From Minutocellus sp. GHC0000111 (Eukaryota), in the NCBI GenBank assembly GCA_977018835.1, contig OZ361257.1, positions 4,898,001 through 4,962,000 of the forward strand: a stretch of 64,000 nt of DNA, in the 5' to 3' direction. A model generated the notes under the pieces. The model worked only from the letters and a program-made list of their open reading frames with translations. It did no database searches and was not told where the DNA came from. The position numbers and the translations under genes are program-made. This document shows positions 46,151 to 56,829 of this stretch, in pieces (position 1 is the first letter of the stretch; each line of letters starts with the position of its first letter).

Positions 46151-47887
46151 ATGCAAAGACGGCAGCCTCCCTCCCGAACGGTATCGCAGTCGTCGGAGCA
46201 AACCAGTACCAGCCGACGAGAGCAACGTAAGAAGAGGAGAAAGGCAAGGAACGGTGCTCGTAGCGGGTCTGGGGCGGACAATCCTCTCGTATGCTTTTTC
46301 GTCGGCCTTATCGTAATCACCATCATTGTGCTGGTGCTCGGCGTCGGTGTGGCGGTCGGCGTAGTTGGGTCGAACTATTACAGCGACCGGCAAACAGCCA
46401 GAGCATTGCGTACATTTGAAGCCGACAATGCGGTGATCACACAGACGGACAACGTGTTCCCCCCACCATTTCCTGTGGTGTCGACTCAATCCACAACAAC
46501 ATCACTCAGCAAATATGTTCTCGATATGTGCGCCAATACTCTGTGGCATACACTAAAGACCACAACGATTGTTTTGCCTAACGACGAATCGTTCATTCAT
46601 ACTGGAGATATTGATGACCTTTGGCTGCGAGATAGTGCCGGTCAGGTCCATCCACTCCTACTGCCGTGGTTCCCAGGTGGTGCATTGGTCGCACAAGATA
46701 CAAGGCTAGCTCGTGTAGTATCTGGGCTCATTCGTCGGAGTGCATTCTACATCAGGCACGACCCTTATGCGAATGCTTTTCGAATAGATACTTCCTACAT
46801 CTTCAATGAAGAACAAAAACGAATGGGCCGGCACGATTACATTTCGACGTGGAACTACGAGCTCGACAGTGGATGCTATTATATCCGAATGCTTTACTTT
46901 TATTGGAAGGCATTGCCCGACGCACCAATCTTGCGGGAAAAGTCAGTTTTTGAAGCCGTGTCCATCATGGTTGACTTGTGGATTGCCGAACAAGATCATG
47001 AAAATGATGTATACCCCCAAGGAGAGCTGTTTGATTGTCAAAACTGCAAGGGTCCGTTCCGATATCCCGGTCTGCAACGGGGAGGCAAAGGCCGTCCAAC
47101 AAAACGAACCGGCATGACTTGGGCTGGATTTCGACCATCAGACGATGAATGTCAATTTAATTATCTGGTCCCGGCGAATATGTTCGCAGTCGTGGCTCTT
47201 GGCTACGCAACTGAGCTGGCGCAATCACTCTGGGCTGAATACGGCGGAAATGCCTTGGCAGCCAAAGCAGCAAAATTGGCAAGTGAAATCGATCAAGGAA
47301 TCAAAGAATATGGCATCGTGGAGCACGAAATGCATGGGCGAATATATGCATATGAAGTGGATGGCTTGGGCAACTCGCTGTTGATGGACGACGCCAACAT
47401 CCCTTCCCTATTGAGCGCTCCCTATATTGGATACAAATACGACGAAGAAGTTTATGGGAATACCAAGCGCTTCATCTACTCAACAAACAACCCAACATAT
47501 CAATCAGGAACGAATGCATTGACTGGCGAAATTGATGGGTATGGATCGCCACATATGAAGACTGCCATTTGGAAGAATATCTGGCCTATGAGCATGGCGA
47601 TGCGAGGCCTTGTAAGCAATGACATTGACGAAAAGGTTAAGATCATCAATCAACTCCACAAAGCATCTGCCGGGACTGGATGGATGCACGAAAGCTTCGA
47701 TGTAAACAACCCAAAGAAATTTACCCGCCCGTGGTTCTGTTGGAGCGATGCTCTCTTTGCCGAGCTTGTCATGTCTGTGAGTGATCAGTGCCCAGGAGAT
47801 GCACAGTATAAGATCCGATGGTGGCGAGATCCACAGCTGCCAGATGGTGGCAAGTATGCTGGTAGGCAACAAATAAGTAAAGGTTGA
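46151..47887 (+). CDS. Glycoside hydrolase family 125 (exo-alpha-1,6-mannosidase-like), N-terminal TM anchor
   Basis: TGDIDDLWLRDS, YELDS, FRPSDD, YEVDG..MDDANIPSLLS and MHESF..FTRPWF motifs. Confidence 0.9.
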   Translation: MQRRQPPSRTVSQSSEQTSTSRREQRKKRRKARNGARSGSGADNPLVCFFVGLIVITIIVLVLGVGVAVGVVGSNYYSDRQTARALRTFEADNAVITQTDNVFPPPFPVVSTQSTTTSLSKYVLDMCANTLWHTLKTTTIVLPNDESFIHTGDIDDLWLRDSAGQVHPLLLPWFPGGALVAQDTRLARVVSGLIRRSAFYIRHDPYANAFRIDTSYIFNEEQKRMGRHDYISTWNYELDSGCYYIRMLYFYWKALPDAPILREKSVFEAVSIMVDLWIAEQDHENDVYPQGELFDCQNCKGPFRYPGLQRGGKGRPTKRTGMTWAGFRPSDDECQFNYLVPANMFAVVALGYATELAQSLWAEYGGNALAAKAAKLASEIDQGIKEYGIVEHEMHGRIYAYEVDGLGNSLLMDDANIPSLLSAPYIGYKYDEEVYGNTKRFIYSTNNPTYQSGTNALTGEIDGYGSPHMKTAIWKNIWPMSMAMRGLVSNDIDEKVKIINQLHKASAGTGWMHESFDVNNPKKFTRPWFCWSDALFAELVMSVSDQCPGDAQYKIRWWRDPQLPDGGKYAGRQQISKG

Positions 47888-47946
47888 GTTTTGAAGATTT
47901 AGGATTGTACTAGTGTGCACCGCGCGCGGTTGCTTATATACAATGG

Positions 47947-49539
47947 TCACTCATTGGAAGACCTCCTTCCTGCAGACTTGCCCGAAAAGAATAGCGACTT
48001 GATTTTGGCTTCGTTGGGACAGCCGTGAGCGCCATCGAAGTCTTTGCTGCCATCGGCAGCAACACTCCAGTCATAGGCCATGAATTCGATATGAATCTTT
48101 TTGCCCGGCGTAATCATTCGTAAAAGCTTCTGCTTTCTATCCCCGTGCAAATATTTGGCGATGACGTTGGGAAGCTTGCTCTTCGACTCGGCAAAATCAG
48201 CACGGTACCAGTGGAAGATCATGCTCAATAGGAGAATATTCTTCTCCTCGTCCATTTGGACGTTGCCATCGTCGGAAACAAATGCTTGTGCAACGATGTC
48301 GAGCTCCTGATCAATATTTGGCACAGTAAAATCTTTCACTGGCGGACAACTCTTGGCACCGCAATTTAGAGCAAAATGAACACGCGGATCCAAGGGTATG
48401 ACCAGGTCCGCCCGTTTATCACCGCTCTTGAACGGCTTCCTTAGATGATATGGAGGATGTGCATTGCCTCTAAGAATTCCATGCTCGATATCACTGAATG
48501 TCAGCAGAGTACCGCCGATGTTGTAGGACAGACCACTAAAGAAACTGGCACGCTTGAGACTGGTCTTGGGAACGCCAACCTTGATGTACGCATGCTTGAT
48601 CATGAGGTTGTAAATGTTTATAAAGAATGCACGCCGCGCACTCTCACCTACACAGGGCAAACAAATCTCTTGCAGCTCACAAACCTGCTCTTCAAACAAG
48701 AGGTAATGAGGATCGGATTCGATTACTTGATAGTCAATTATGCCTGTCTTTGGAGAGGCGGCACGAGATTCGATCTTGTCCATGAGCTTCTTGAGACGAC
48801 CGATCAAGGCCATAAAATTGGGATCGACGCGATCGGTCCAAACACGGAAAGTGTTGAGGACCGTCGGCTGACGATATGGTTGCAGCCGGTAAAAGTAATT
48901 CGAGTCGCTGAACTCGTGATCACCACACACATGATCCAATAGCTGCGCATTTTGCAGCGTTCGGCCAAGTTCGACTGCCTCTTCGCGCTCTTCAAGGTCA
49001 TAATGGTCCATCAATGCATCAACGCCGTCGCGACCGGTGAAGCAGTCGCGATAGATCTTGGTATGATAGGACAAGTCGCATCGGGGCATGATGATGGTAA
49101 GGATCGATGTCATTTCCAGTATCGATGCCATTTCTTCATCGGGGAGGATGATGGTGTTCTTCGTCTCGTCACGCGGTGGTGCCGGAGGTGGTCCCTTGTT
49201 CTCGCTTGGTTTTGCGGTGGAGGGTGCCAAACGAGGATCGACAGGGCCTGTATTGTTGACTGGCATCAGCGCTATATTGCCGGCATAGTACCTTTCGAGG
49301 CCTCCATTTTCCAGTAGGGCAATCGTTTCGTCGCCACCACCGACATGCTGTCCTTCCACAAACACCTGTGGAACACCATTGCGGCCACACAGAGACACGA
49401 GATCGTAAATCCGCTGGGGATGCCGCTGCAAATCAATGTTCGTATAGACCACATCGTGAGAAGCGAGTGCCGCCTTGAGCTGGCGGCATCTGTCGCATCC
49501 CTCGGCGCTAAAGATGACTACGCCGCTGCTTCCGCTCAT
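47947..49539 (-). CDS. Glutaredoxin + DEP + DUF547 protein
   Basis: CDRC..VPQVFV..HVGG (glutaredoxin); CFTGRDGVDAL..HVC..FYRL (DEP); AFFINIYN..IEHGILR..DPRVHFALNCGAKSCP (DUF547). Confidence 0.88.
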   Translation of the reverse strand: MSGSSGVVIFSAEGCDRCRQLKAALASHDVVYTNIDLQRHPQRIYDLVSLCGRNGVPQVFVEGQHVGGGDETIALLENGGLERYYAGNIALMPVNNTGPVDPRLAPSTAKPSENKGPPPAPPRDETKNTIILPDEEMASILEMTSILTIIMPRCDLSYHTKIYRDCFTGRDGVDALMDHYDLEEREEAVELGRTLQNAQLLDHVCGDHEFSDSNYFYRLQPYRQPTVLNTFRVWTDRVDPNFMALIGRLKKLMDKIESRAASPKTGIIDYQVIESDPHYLLFEEQVCELQEICLPCVGESARRAFFINIYNLMIKHAYIKVGVPKTSLKRASFFSGLSYNIGGTLLTFSDIEHGILRGNAHPPYHLRKPFKSGDKRADLVIPLDPRVHFALNCGAKSCPPVKDFTVPNIDQELDIVAQAFVSDDGNVQMDEEKNILLLSMIFHWYRADFAESKSKLPNVIAKYLHGDRKQKLLRMITPGKKIHIEFMAYDWSVAADGSKDFDGAHGCPNEAKIKSLFFSGKSAGRRSSNE

Positions 49540-49785
49540 GGTACGCCCTTACTGGTACGATGCAACAACTCTTCGAGAGCGCGCCACTATCGGCGATGTT
49601 TTGATGACTTCGCCGACTTCCACTGACGCAGTAGCGACTGCATGCACACATCTTGTGCATCTTTTCAGATACGGTGGTCAATTGCGGTGGTCGCTTGTTC
49701 TGGTTGACTTTAGTTGTTGTTCAGGCCAAGCTGTGCGAAATTTGCCTTTCACCTCTTCAATAAGCAAATTTTGATTGCGAAAGCC

Positions 49786-51027
49786 ATGTCTCCCAACTCC
49801 TCACCGAAACGAAAGGCAGCCTTCGCCGCGGGGTCCATTCTCCTTGGCCTCGTGGCATTCAAAAAGGTGAACGAAGTCAGCGGTCCTGCGTTCGAGCCTA
49901 TATTGGAGGTTTGCACCGACACAACAATTGCGCCTACAGAATTTGTCGCAAAGACGGGTTATCATGAATACGATGCTGCCGTGGGCTTCAAGCTGTTCAA
50001 TGTGCTGGTGTGTCTCATTACACAGTTTTTGTTCGAATTGAGAAACACCTACCCGGAGGGATTATTGACGTGGTGTGGCTTGATGGTGGTGGCTCTTCCG
50101 TTTGGGATTGTCTCGTCTTTGGAATCGGGACGGGCTGGTGTCAAGGGATTGCTCCGCTATCCCGTTTTCATTGGATTGCTGTATCAGCTCTTTGGCATCA
50201 GTGTCATGGCCCCCCTCGTGTGGTTCCCGGCGTATGTTTACGGAGCCGGTGATGGCTGCATTTCGACGTTCCGAACCCGTCTCGCTGTGCCGCTGAACGC
50301 TCCCGGGCCCATCATTACCATAATTGTATTTGTGGTCGACACCGCCTCTAAGTTATGGACTACCTGCGCTGGCATCTTGGGAGGACCAGGCCTTCCCATG
50401 CTGGGTCTGGTTTATTGGGCCGATAGTATCCCCGCCACCGGTAAAGACAATACGTACAAGTCTCGTATCGATTCCGCCAAGAGAGCTGCATTTGCGCTCC
50501 GATCCATGGTGGCCGTTGCGTTTGCTGCTTGGTACGTCTTGGTTTACATTGCCTACAATAAATATGGATTTGATTTACCAGCTCTCTGGAAAGGGGTATG
50601 GACCGACGCCAATGGAAGCGTTGCGTTCATGACTGTCGACACAATTGTGCTGTTCTTGGCGGTCATCATTTATATCGCGTATCGGGACGAAAAGGCATAC
50701 CTCAAGGCACTTAGTCTGACGCCACTCCTTGGGCCCGGGGCAGCTTGTTCCCTCGTTCTGGCAGATATTGAGATGAATGAAGCTGTTGCATCATTTCAAA
50801 AGAAGGGTTCGTTTAAAATTAGTTTACCCATTATTGTGCGCTCACCACTTCGGTTGCTGAAGAGATGCAATGTTTCCAACAGATCATCGAGTCTTGTTAC
50901 CTCCTTCTCAACCTGTTTGTCGTATGCAGAAGCACTGTGCCCAACATTGCACTTGAGAGTAAGGACAAACATTGCCGTCGGGCTCAATATTCCAGCGTCT
51001 CGAGCTTTCAATAGCCAATCCACCTGA
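49786..51027 (+). CDS. Uncharacterised multi-pass membrane protein; true 3' end uncertain
   Basis: Several hydrophobic helices; the last ~230 bp overlap the convergent gene. Confidence 0.6.
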   Translation: MSPNSSPKRKAAFAAGSILLGLVAFKKVNEVSGPAFEPILEVCTDTTIAPTEFVAKTGYHEYDAAVGFKLFNVLVCLITQFLFELRNTYPEGLLTWCGLMVVALPFGIVSSLESGRAGVKGLLRYPVFIGLLYQLFGISVMAPLVWFPAYVYGAGDGCISTFRTRLAVPLNAPGPIITIIVFVVDTASKLWTTCAGILGGPGLPMLGLVYWADSIPATGKDNTYKSRIDSAKRAAFALRSMVAVAFAAWYVLVYIAYNKYGFDLPALWKGVWTDANGSVAFMTVDTIVLFLAVIIYIAYRDEKAYLKALSLTPLLGPGAACSLVLADIEMNEAVASFQKKGSFKISLPIIVRSPLRLLKRCNVSNRSSSLVTSFSTCLSYAEALCPTLHLRVRTNIAVGLNIPASRAFNSQST

Positions 51028-52563
51028 TCAGACATTGCATGCAAACACATATCCGATACCCAAAGGTCGATGGCCGCTCCTTTCTCTGCCAACATTGGGA
51101 TGGCGTTCTCAATGGTGCTCCTCATGTGCTCTACTCCTTCAAGATCGTCTACCGCAGGATCAAGAGCACCAGGGTCGACACTAAACACTTTCGAGCACTT
51201 TATTTCATCGATCAAATATTTAGTCCAACCGCCGGGCGCTGCTCCGCAATCAAGCGCCACAGAACCAGCCAATCTATTTCCAACAGACAATGCACCGCCT
51301 TTGTAGCGAGTCAAGGCCTCTTGTAGCTTATAGTAAGCTCTAGAAACAGACTCATCTTTGTTGCCACCATCTCCACTCGAATCTTCGTGGAATCTACTAC
51401 GATCGTGAGTGGTTATCGCATCAGTAGGAAGTGCAGAAGTCAAACCTAGCAAGTGCACAACTGCACCATTGCTCTTGGCATCCTCGGTAATAAGCTCTTT
51501 GGGCGTATCAATCTGCACAACCGATAGTGTATGTGTGAAGCCAGTTGGGCTGATATCCACCCCCGCCAAATCGTCTTCATCCCACTTGGAATCCATTGAT
51601 GCAATCAATTCCGATCGAATCTTGGGCGGAAATGCCTGGATGCGAACAACCATATTCTTATCAGTGCTTTGGCGTAGACTTGCCAGCTTATTCAATGAAA
51701 GTTGTGCCACATCTTCATTGATTTTGCCACCATTGACTACATCACCATAACTTGTTAACTGCAATCGCTGCATAGGGCACTGACAATAACTTATCCGCAA
51801 ATGCCGCAGGATCTTCGGCCTTTACAAATAACAATGAAACTGCTCTCCTCCCCGGATCAAGTTCGCTTAAAACCTCAACATCTTCGAAAACTTGCACATA
51901 ATCTACAAGTCTGTCCAAGTGACTCTTGGGACATTGAAGTACCACATTGGCTTCCTTTGAGAGATACTCCACAAGCTGATGTCTTTTCTCAGCTCGAGCC
52001 TTGCGCTTGTTCGACTTTGGCCGAGGTTTCCGACTAATGGCTGGCTTGACGACGCACCCTGGTATTGGTGATGAAATCTTTACACCTGTGTCTATTGAAT
52101 GTTCTCCCCACACTTTCAACGCATCAGCAGCTGCACTGGCGTCGGCAAAGGTAACGAACGCATATGGCTTGACTTTGCTCCTCTTCTTTTGAGATGCCTC
52201 GTCGTCATCGTCATCGACTGATCGTTTCCAGAGACCATGGAGAGTAATGTCAACCACTGGACCAAATTGGCCAAACGAATCTCGAATGAACTCCTCTTTG
52301 CAGGTATTGGGTGATAGATTTCCAACAAATACTCGATGCGAGTCGGGCAATTTAGGGGCTTTGGTGTCGAGTGCGTCAGTGGTGGAAGTTGTGACTGGTC
52401 GTCGCGTACTCGCAAGCCTGATGATACTGGGAGAAAATGCTTGCACGCAAGATGCAAGAGGCCAAGGGCCATAAGACCCTAACGTAGGTTCAGATGCTAC
52501 AGCAGCGAATGCAGCGGCGGCAAGGGGACGCTTCGAAAGGCATCTCATTGTGGTGGCTATCAT
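50796..52563 (-). CDS. RRM + FtsJ/RlmM-like rRNA 2'-O-methyltransferase; frameshift near 51750
   Basis: RVFVGNL..YAFVTF (RRM); VSRAYYKLQEA, LDCGAAPGGWT, VDP, VSDM and TLK (FtsJ-type). Confidence 0.8.
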
Positions 52564-52743
52564 CAGGTTTGAATGGCGGACGCCGTGCAGATGGCCCGGT
52601 AGGTGCGAGGTGCGTGCGTGCGAGGCCGGTGCGGTGCGGCAGGATAGGGGGGATTGTCCTGCATTTCACACTTCTGGGGAAAGAAAGGTTAAGAAGGCCA
52701 GCCACTTTGCAACAACAACCACACGTTTACACACATTAGAAGC

Positions 52744-52776
52744 AGCTAGATAGCTAGCTAGCTAGCTACGTAGGTA
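52744..52776. repeat. (TAGC)n microsatellite
   Basis: agctagatagctagctagctagctacgtaggta. Confidence 0.7.
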
Positions 52777-53373
52777 TTCCAAATATCGGCTTTATTTTAT
52801 TTTGTGACCACCGCGGATCACCGATGATCACCCATGCCAAGGAGCCGAAGAATTATCCGTAGAAGATTCGTACCCATCTAGCTAAATTAATGCCGCCAAT
52901 TGTAGACAAAATTAATCCAGGGGAGATGACCAGGCTTCAGAGTCTTGACAAAGAAATGAATTCCAATCTAGATGCATGATTCCACTCGATTGGAGCGCCC
53001 GTTAACACCAATCATCTCAAATTATTCCCACAAGGTTCGCGAGTTTGCCACAAGACTTGCCCATACTCTTCATATCTGTGTCACATCTAGTGCCATCCTG
53101 CAGGACTCGCCGTGCAGTACGTTGATGACCTGGGAGGTCCCAATCGGTGGTGCGAAAAGCCGGGGGTGTCTTCCGGTCGCGTCCCACCTTCCCTTTATCC
53201 AAGGCCCAGAATTTCCATAATCCAAGCGCAGATTTTGCTCGATCCTCTCCCCAGCCAGATGCGACTGAGAGCCTTCACTACTGTGCGAAGCCACGACAGT
53301 CGGAGGCTTGGCTAGTAGTGACTCGAGAGGATCGTCAAGCAAGAAGCGGTATCTCTTGGGAAGAAATCGCTCA

Positions 53374-53739
53374 TTACTTCTTTTTGGTCCACACGGCCAA
53401 TATGTTCCCGCTCGGGTCTTCAAACTCGAAGCGTTTGCCTCCCGGGAAATCAAAGATCTCCTTGCGGATGTCGCCGCCCGCCTCGCGCACCTTGGAAAGG
53501 GTGGCTTCAAGGTCGTCGGAGTAGAGGACTACAAGGGGACCACCAGTACCGATGGTGGTTGTGCTTCCGAGGCACAAGCCCCCCATTTCGTGTTCGGTAT
53601 CGCCGACCCTGTGAATGCCGGCGTAGCCGGGGCCGTAGTTGGTGAAGCTCCAGCCAAAAGCGGACGCATAAAAGGTCTGGGCCGCAGCCATGTCTGTGAC
53701 GGTGAATTCGATGTAATCGATGGCGTGGTGGGTGTTCAT
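53374..53739 (-). CDS. Bacterial-type VOC/glyoxalase family protein (121 aa)
   Basis: IDYIEFTVTD..FYASAFGWSF..YGPGYA..PLVVLYSDDLE..FDFPGGKRFEFEDPSGN; intronless. Confidence 0.88.
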   Translation of the reverse strand: MNTHHAIDYIEFTVTDMAAAQTFYASAFGWSFTNYGPGYAGIHRVGDTEHEMGGLCLGSTTTIGTGGPLVVLYSDDLEATLSKVREAGGDIRKEIFDFPGGKRFEFEDPSGNILAVWTKKK

Positions 53740-53959
53740 GATTTTGCTTGGTGAAAAGGAAGGAGCGAAAGGGCTCAACATGGCATATGTGTTGCAATAT
53801 GGCCAGCATGTATGGCGAGTTGTCGCGCGGAGCGGCCGCGCGCGCGGAGCGCGTGGCGGAGCGGGCGGAATTCCTGGAACGGAGGGGGGTTTCTCAATTC
53901 GGGGGGAAAGAAAGGGAAAGCTCATTTTCATTCGTTGTGCCTGATACGCACAACGAACG

Positions 53960-54841
53960 ATGGTGATGAGAATAATAACGACGGCAGCAGCACCAACGAT
54001 GGCGGCAGCCCTGTCTATTTCAATCCCCTTTGCTTGCAGTGCGCTCGGCAGATCTTCCATCACCACTCTGGGTAGATCTTCCGTCGCCAGATATCAGCAT
54101 AGCGCTCGAATGACTGCTGCATTCTCCACGTCGGCCGAGCAGCCCAACCACTTGCTGTCGATACCAGCCACCGGTCAAGATGGCTCGCTGCGCCATTCCT
54201 ACTCTGCCCTTCGACATGGACAATCATTGGCCAACGTTGCCAAGATTATTTCGTCTGACCCGGCCATATCGACGGTAGAGCATGGTCTCAGTGACTTTGG
54301 CCATGAGCAGGCACAGGAGGCCGGCAAATTGTTCGCCAAGCAGTTTCAAGCCGACAACGATAATGATGATGGTGGCGGTGAAGGAAATGATGAATATTGT
54401 GGCGTGGCAATATTTTCATCTGACTTTAAGCGTGCCAGAGAGACCGCCCAGCATATGGCCGATGCGTGCATGTCATCATCCATCCCCTTGTACAATGATG
54501 GCGTTGTGCTCGAGACCAAGCTTAGGGAAAGGAACTTCGGCACATTGAATGGAGGGAGTGATGACAGATACCAGGATGTTTGGGACATTGATATCAAAGA
54601 TCCAACACACAATGAGTTTGATGTGGAGAGTGTGTACAGTGTGGTCGAACGAACAACCAAGCTTGTGCTGGATATTGACCAAGAATTGACAAACGCAAGC
54701 GAAGGAGAGAAGAAGTATAAATGCATTCTATGTGCCCACGGCGACGTATTGCAAATACTGCAGACGGGCTTCAAGAAGATGGACGGATCGTTGCACAGAA
54801 CGCTGCCACATTTGGAAACGGCCACCGTTCGCGAGCTGTAG
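53960..54841 (+). CDS. Histidine phosphatase (phosphoglycerate mutase superfamily)
   Basis: RHGQS, SSDFKRARETA, LRERNFG and AHGD motifs; start uncertain. Confidence 0.88.
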   Translation: MVMRIITTAAAPTMAAALSISIPFACSALGRSSITTLGRSSVARYQHSARMTAAFSTSAEQPNHLLSIPATGQDGSLRHSYSALRHGQSLANVAKIISSDPAISTVEHGLSDFGHEQAQEAGKLFAKQFQADNDNDDGGGEGNDEYCGVAIFSSDFKRARETAQHMADACMSSSIPLYNDGVVLETKLRERNFGTLNGGSDDRYQDVWDIDIKDPTHNEFDVESVYSVVERTTKLVLDIDQELTNASEGEKKYKCILCAHGDVLQILQTGFKKMDGSLHRTLPHLETATVREL

Positions 54842-55003
54842 GTGGCGGAAGCCCCACTTTGCGGGTATCATGCCGTGGAATAGAGAGTCAGTATTATGCT
54901 AAGCTTATTATTGCAATTCACTTGCATTATCGTGCATTTTTCCCAATTTTTTGCTATACCAAAGTAGCTATGGCAATTTACGACGAGCAGCATCTGCACC
55001 TCA

Positions 55004-55540
55004 TCATCTCAGTTTCTTGCTAAGGATGTAGCAGTGAGGCGGATCGATCCTGCGGTAATAGTTCTCTACCGTCTTGCCCTTCTGAAAGCCAAATCCCTCC
55101 ATGTAAAACTTTTGTGCCCCATCATTGCTGGTTTGAACGTGCAGCGTCACCTCATCGACGTCGGAATACTTGGCCGTGTCGATATTCTCCGCGATATGAT
55201 CCAGCACACTCTTGACCATCTGCCGTCCCACTCCTCTGCCGCGGTAGGCCGCCAGCACGGCCAACGTCATGATGTACAGCCGTTTTCGACCTGGCGTTAC
55301 CCCGTCTTCCAAATCGGCTTCTGGGATGGGCTCAATGCGTGCGCAGATGGCCCCAACAACAAACCCATTCCAGTAGGCAAACTTGCACAGATCCTCGTCG
55401 TGCCGTTCGACAACGTCCTTGTAGAAGCCATCGTTGTATTGGACGGGGAACGACGAGGTGTTGATCATGCGCAGTTGTTCGACGTTGTCCTTGGTGATCC
55501 CGCCAAAGTCCACGGCGAGCGTCTTGTCACTGGAGGGCAT
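55004..55540 (-). CDS. NAA50: N-alpha-acetyltransferase 50 (NatE catalytic subunit)
   Basis: FPVQYNDGFY, LYIMTLAVLAAYRGRGVG, LHVQTSN and NYYRRIDP motifs. Confidence 0.9.
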   Translation of the reverse strand: MPSSDKTLAVDFGGITKDNVEQLRMINTSSFPVQYNDGFYKDVVERHDEDLCKFAYWNGFVVGAICARIEPIPEADLEDGVTPGRKRLYIMTLAVLAAYRGRGVGRQMVKSVLDHIAENIDTAKYSDVDEVTLHVQTSNDGAQKFYMEGFGFQKGKTVENYYRRIDPPHCYILSKKLR

Positions 55541-55789
55541 GTTTGTTGTGCTAGTCTTCGTGGCTGTTGCTTTGATAATTGAAAGGCTATTGGTACCGAG
55601 TCTTCACTACATGTACCCTCTCACGGCCTCATCTCAATCTGCTGCCTTTCTTTCCCCATCAGGTTATGAGGCCAATTTTGGATTGCAGCTCACCGGCACC
55701 GCGCTACCGATCTCCATGCTCACAATGCAATCTGATCTGCGCCACTGAGCTGGCTGTTATACGTTGATTTCTTTATCATTTCCAGCATC

Positions 55790-56644
55790 ATGAAGAGCAC
55801 ATCACTGCGCATCTTGGGCGCCTCGGCGCTGATTGGCTCCGCATCGGCATTTGTTGTGCCGTCATCCATCGTCACGTCATCGATTTCCATCGACGAACCA
55901 ACGGTTGCTCAGCATATCGGATCAATAGCAAGCAGAGCTCCACAAGACATCACCTCATCACGGACCCTCGCAAAACTATTTGCCGAAGCATCCTCTGGTG
56001 GTGATCAGCTCCGTGCGTCGACCGGTATCCGACCGTCGCTCCATCCAACAACAATCAATGCCATCTCCGAGGCCCTCCTCTTGCGTCACAGCAGCAAAAA
56101 CAGCAAGGGACCCATCGATGCCTACAACCTCAAAGATGACGAGCAGCCACTCTCCGTGGCTCTGACGGCAGGTGCACTGGCATCGGATCTGGTTGAAAAG
56201 CGCAAAACTAGCTGTGAGGCCGATGGCGATATTGATTCTATCCCCACGGCAGAGGAATGTCAAACGGTGGCTGGTCGAGTGGTCGGCGTGGTCATGCGGA
56301 TGAGAGAATTGGAGCAGCAATTGGCAGCCAAAGTCAACACGGCCAAGTGGGTGGCCAAGTATGGCGAGCATGGTAGTTTCGGGGTGCTCAAGAGCGAATG
56401 CAAGCAGGTCGCGGCGGAAGAGGGAGTGTCAGAGAAGGTTGAAATTGATCCCAAAATTGAAAAGGAATTGACCGATCGCATCCGAGACGATCCATTGTTT
56501 CGCATGTGCCGCGCCGAATGTTTGCTGGCGGTATTCTTGCAGACGGTGGAGGTGCCGAAATTACTTGAGGTGGGGGAAACCGTGGCAGGTGGAAGTGTGG
56601 TTGATTTTTTGGACGAAGATCGCAAGGAGGTGCTTCTTTCGTAA
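55790..56644 (+). CDS. Uncharacterised plastid-targeted protein
   Basis: Signal peptide with GSASA-FVVP motif; intact 284-aa ORF. Confidence 0.75.
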   Translation: MKSTSLRILGASALIGSASAFVVPSSIVTSSISIDEPTVAQHIGSIASRAPQDITSSRTLAKLFAEASSGGDQLRASTGIRPSLHPTTINAISEALLLRHSSKNSKGPIDAYNLKDDEQPLSVALTAGALASDLVEKRKTSCEADGDIDSIPTAEECQTVAGRVVGVVMRMRELEQQLAAKVNTAKWVAKYGEHGSFGVLKSECKQVAAEEGVSEKVEIDPKIEKELTDRIRDDPLFRMCRAECLLAVFLQTVEVPKLLEVGETVAGGSVVDFLDEDRKEVLLS

Positions 56645-56829
56645 AGAGCAGGGTTTTGTTTATACTCCTCCATTAGGCAAGAAGCCGAGGGTCCATGCTA
56701 TATTATAGTTATGAAATGTCTATTTATTTGATGTTATCTAGCTCTACCATGTTAGCCGCTTGGCAAATGTTATCAATCATTTTGATTTGGCCGGTCGTTG
56801 TAATGAATTTCTTTCTTTCATCTACCACC

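Noticed and set aside
23105..52563. RNA-modification gene cluster (RluA, TrmK, YbaK fusion, RlmM-like)
   Set aside because: Dispersed over 30 kb among unrelated genes on both strands; no evidence of functional linkage.
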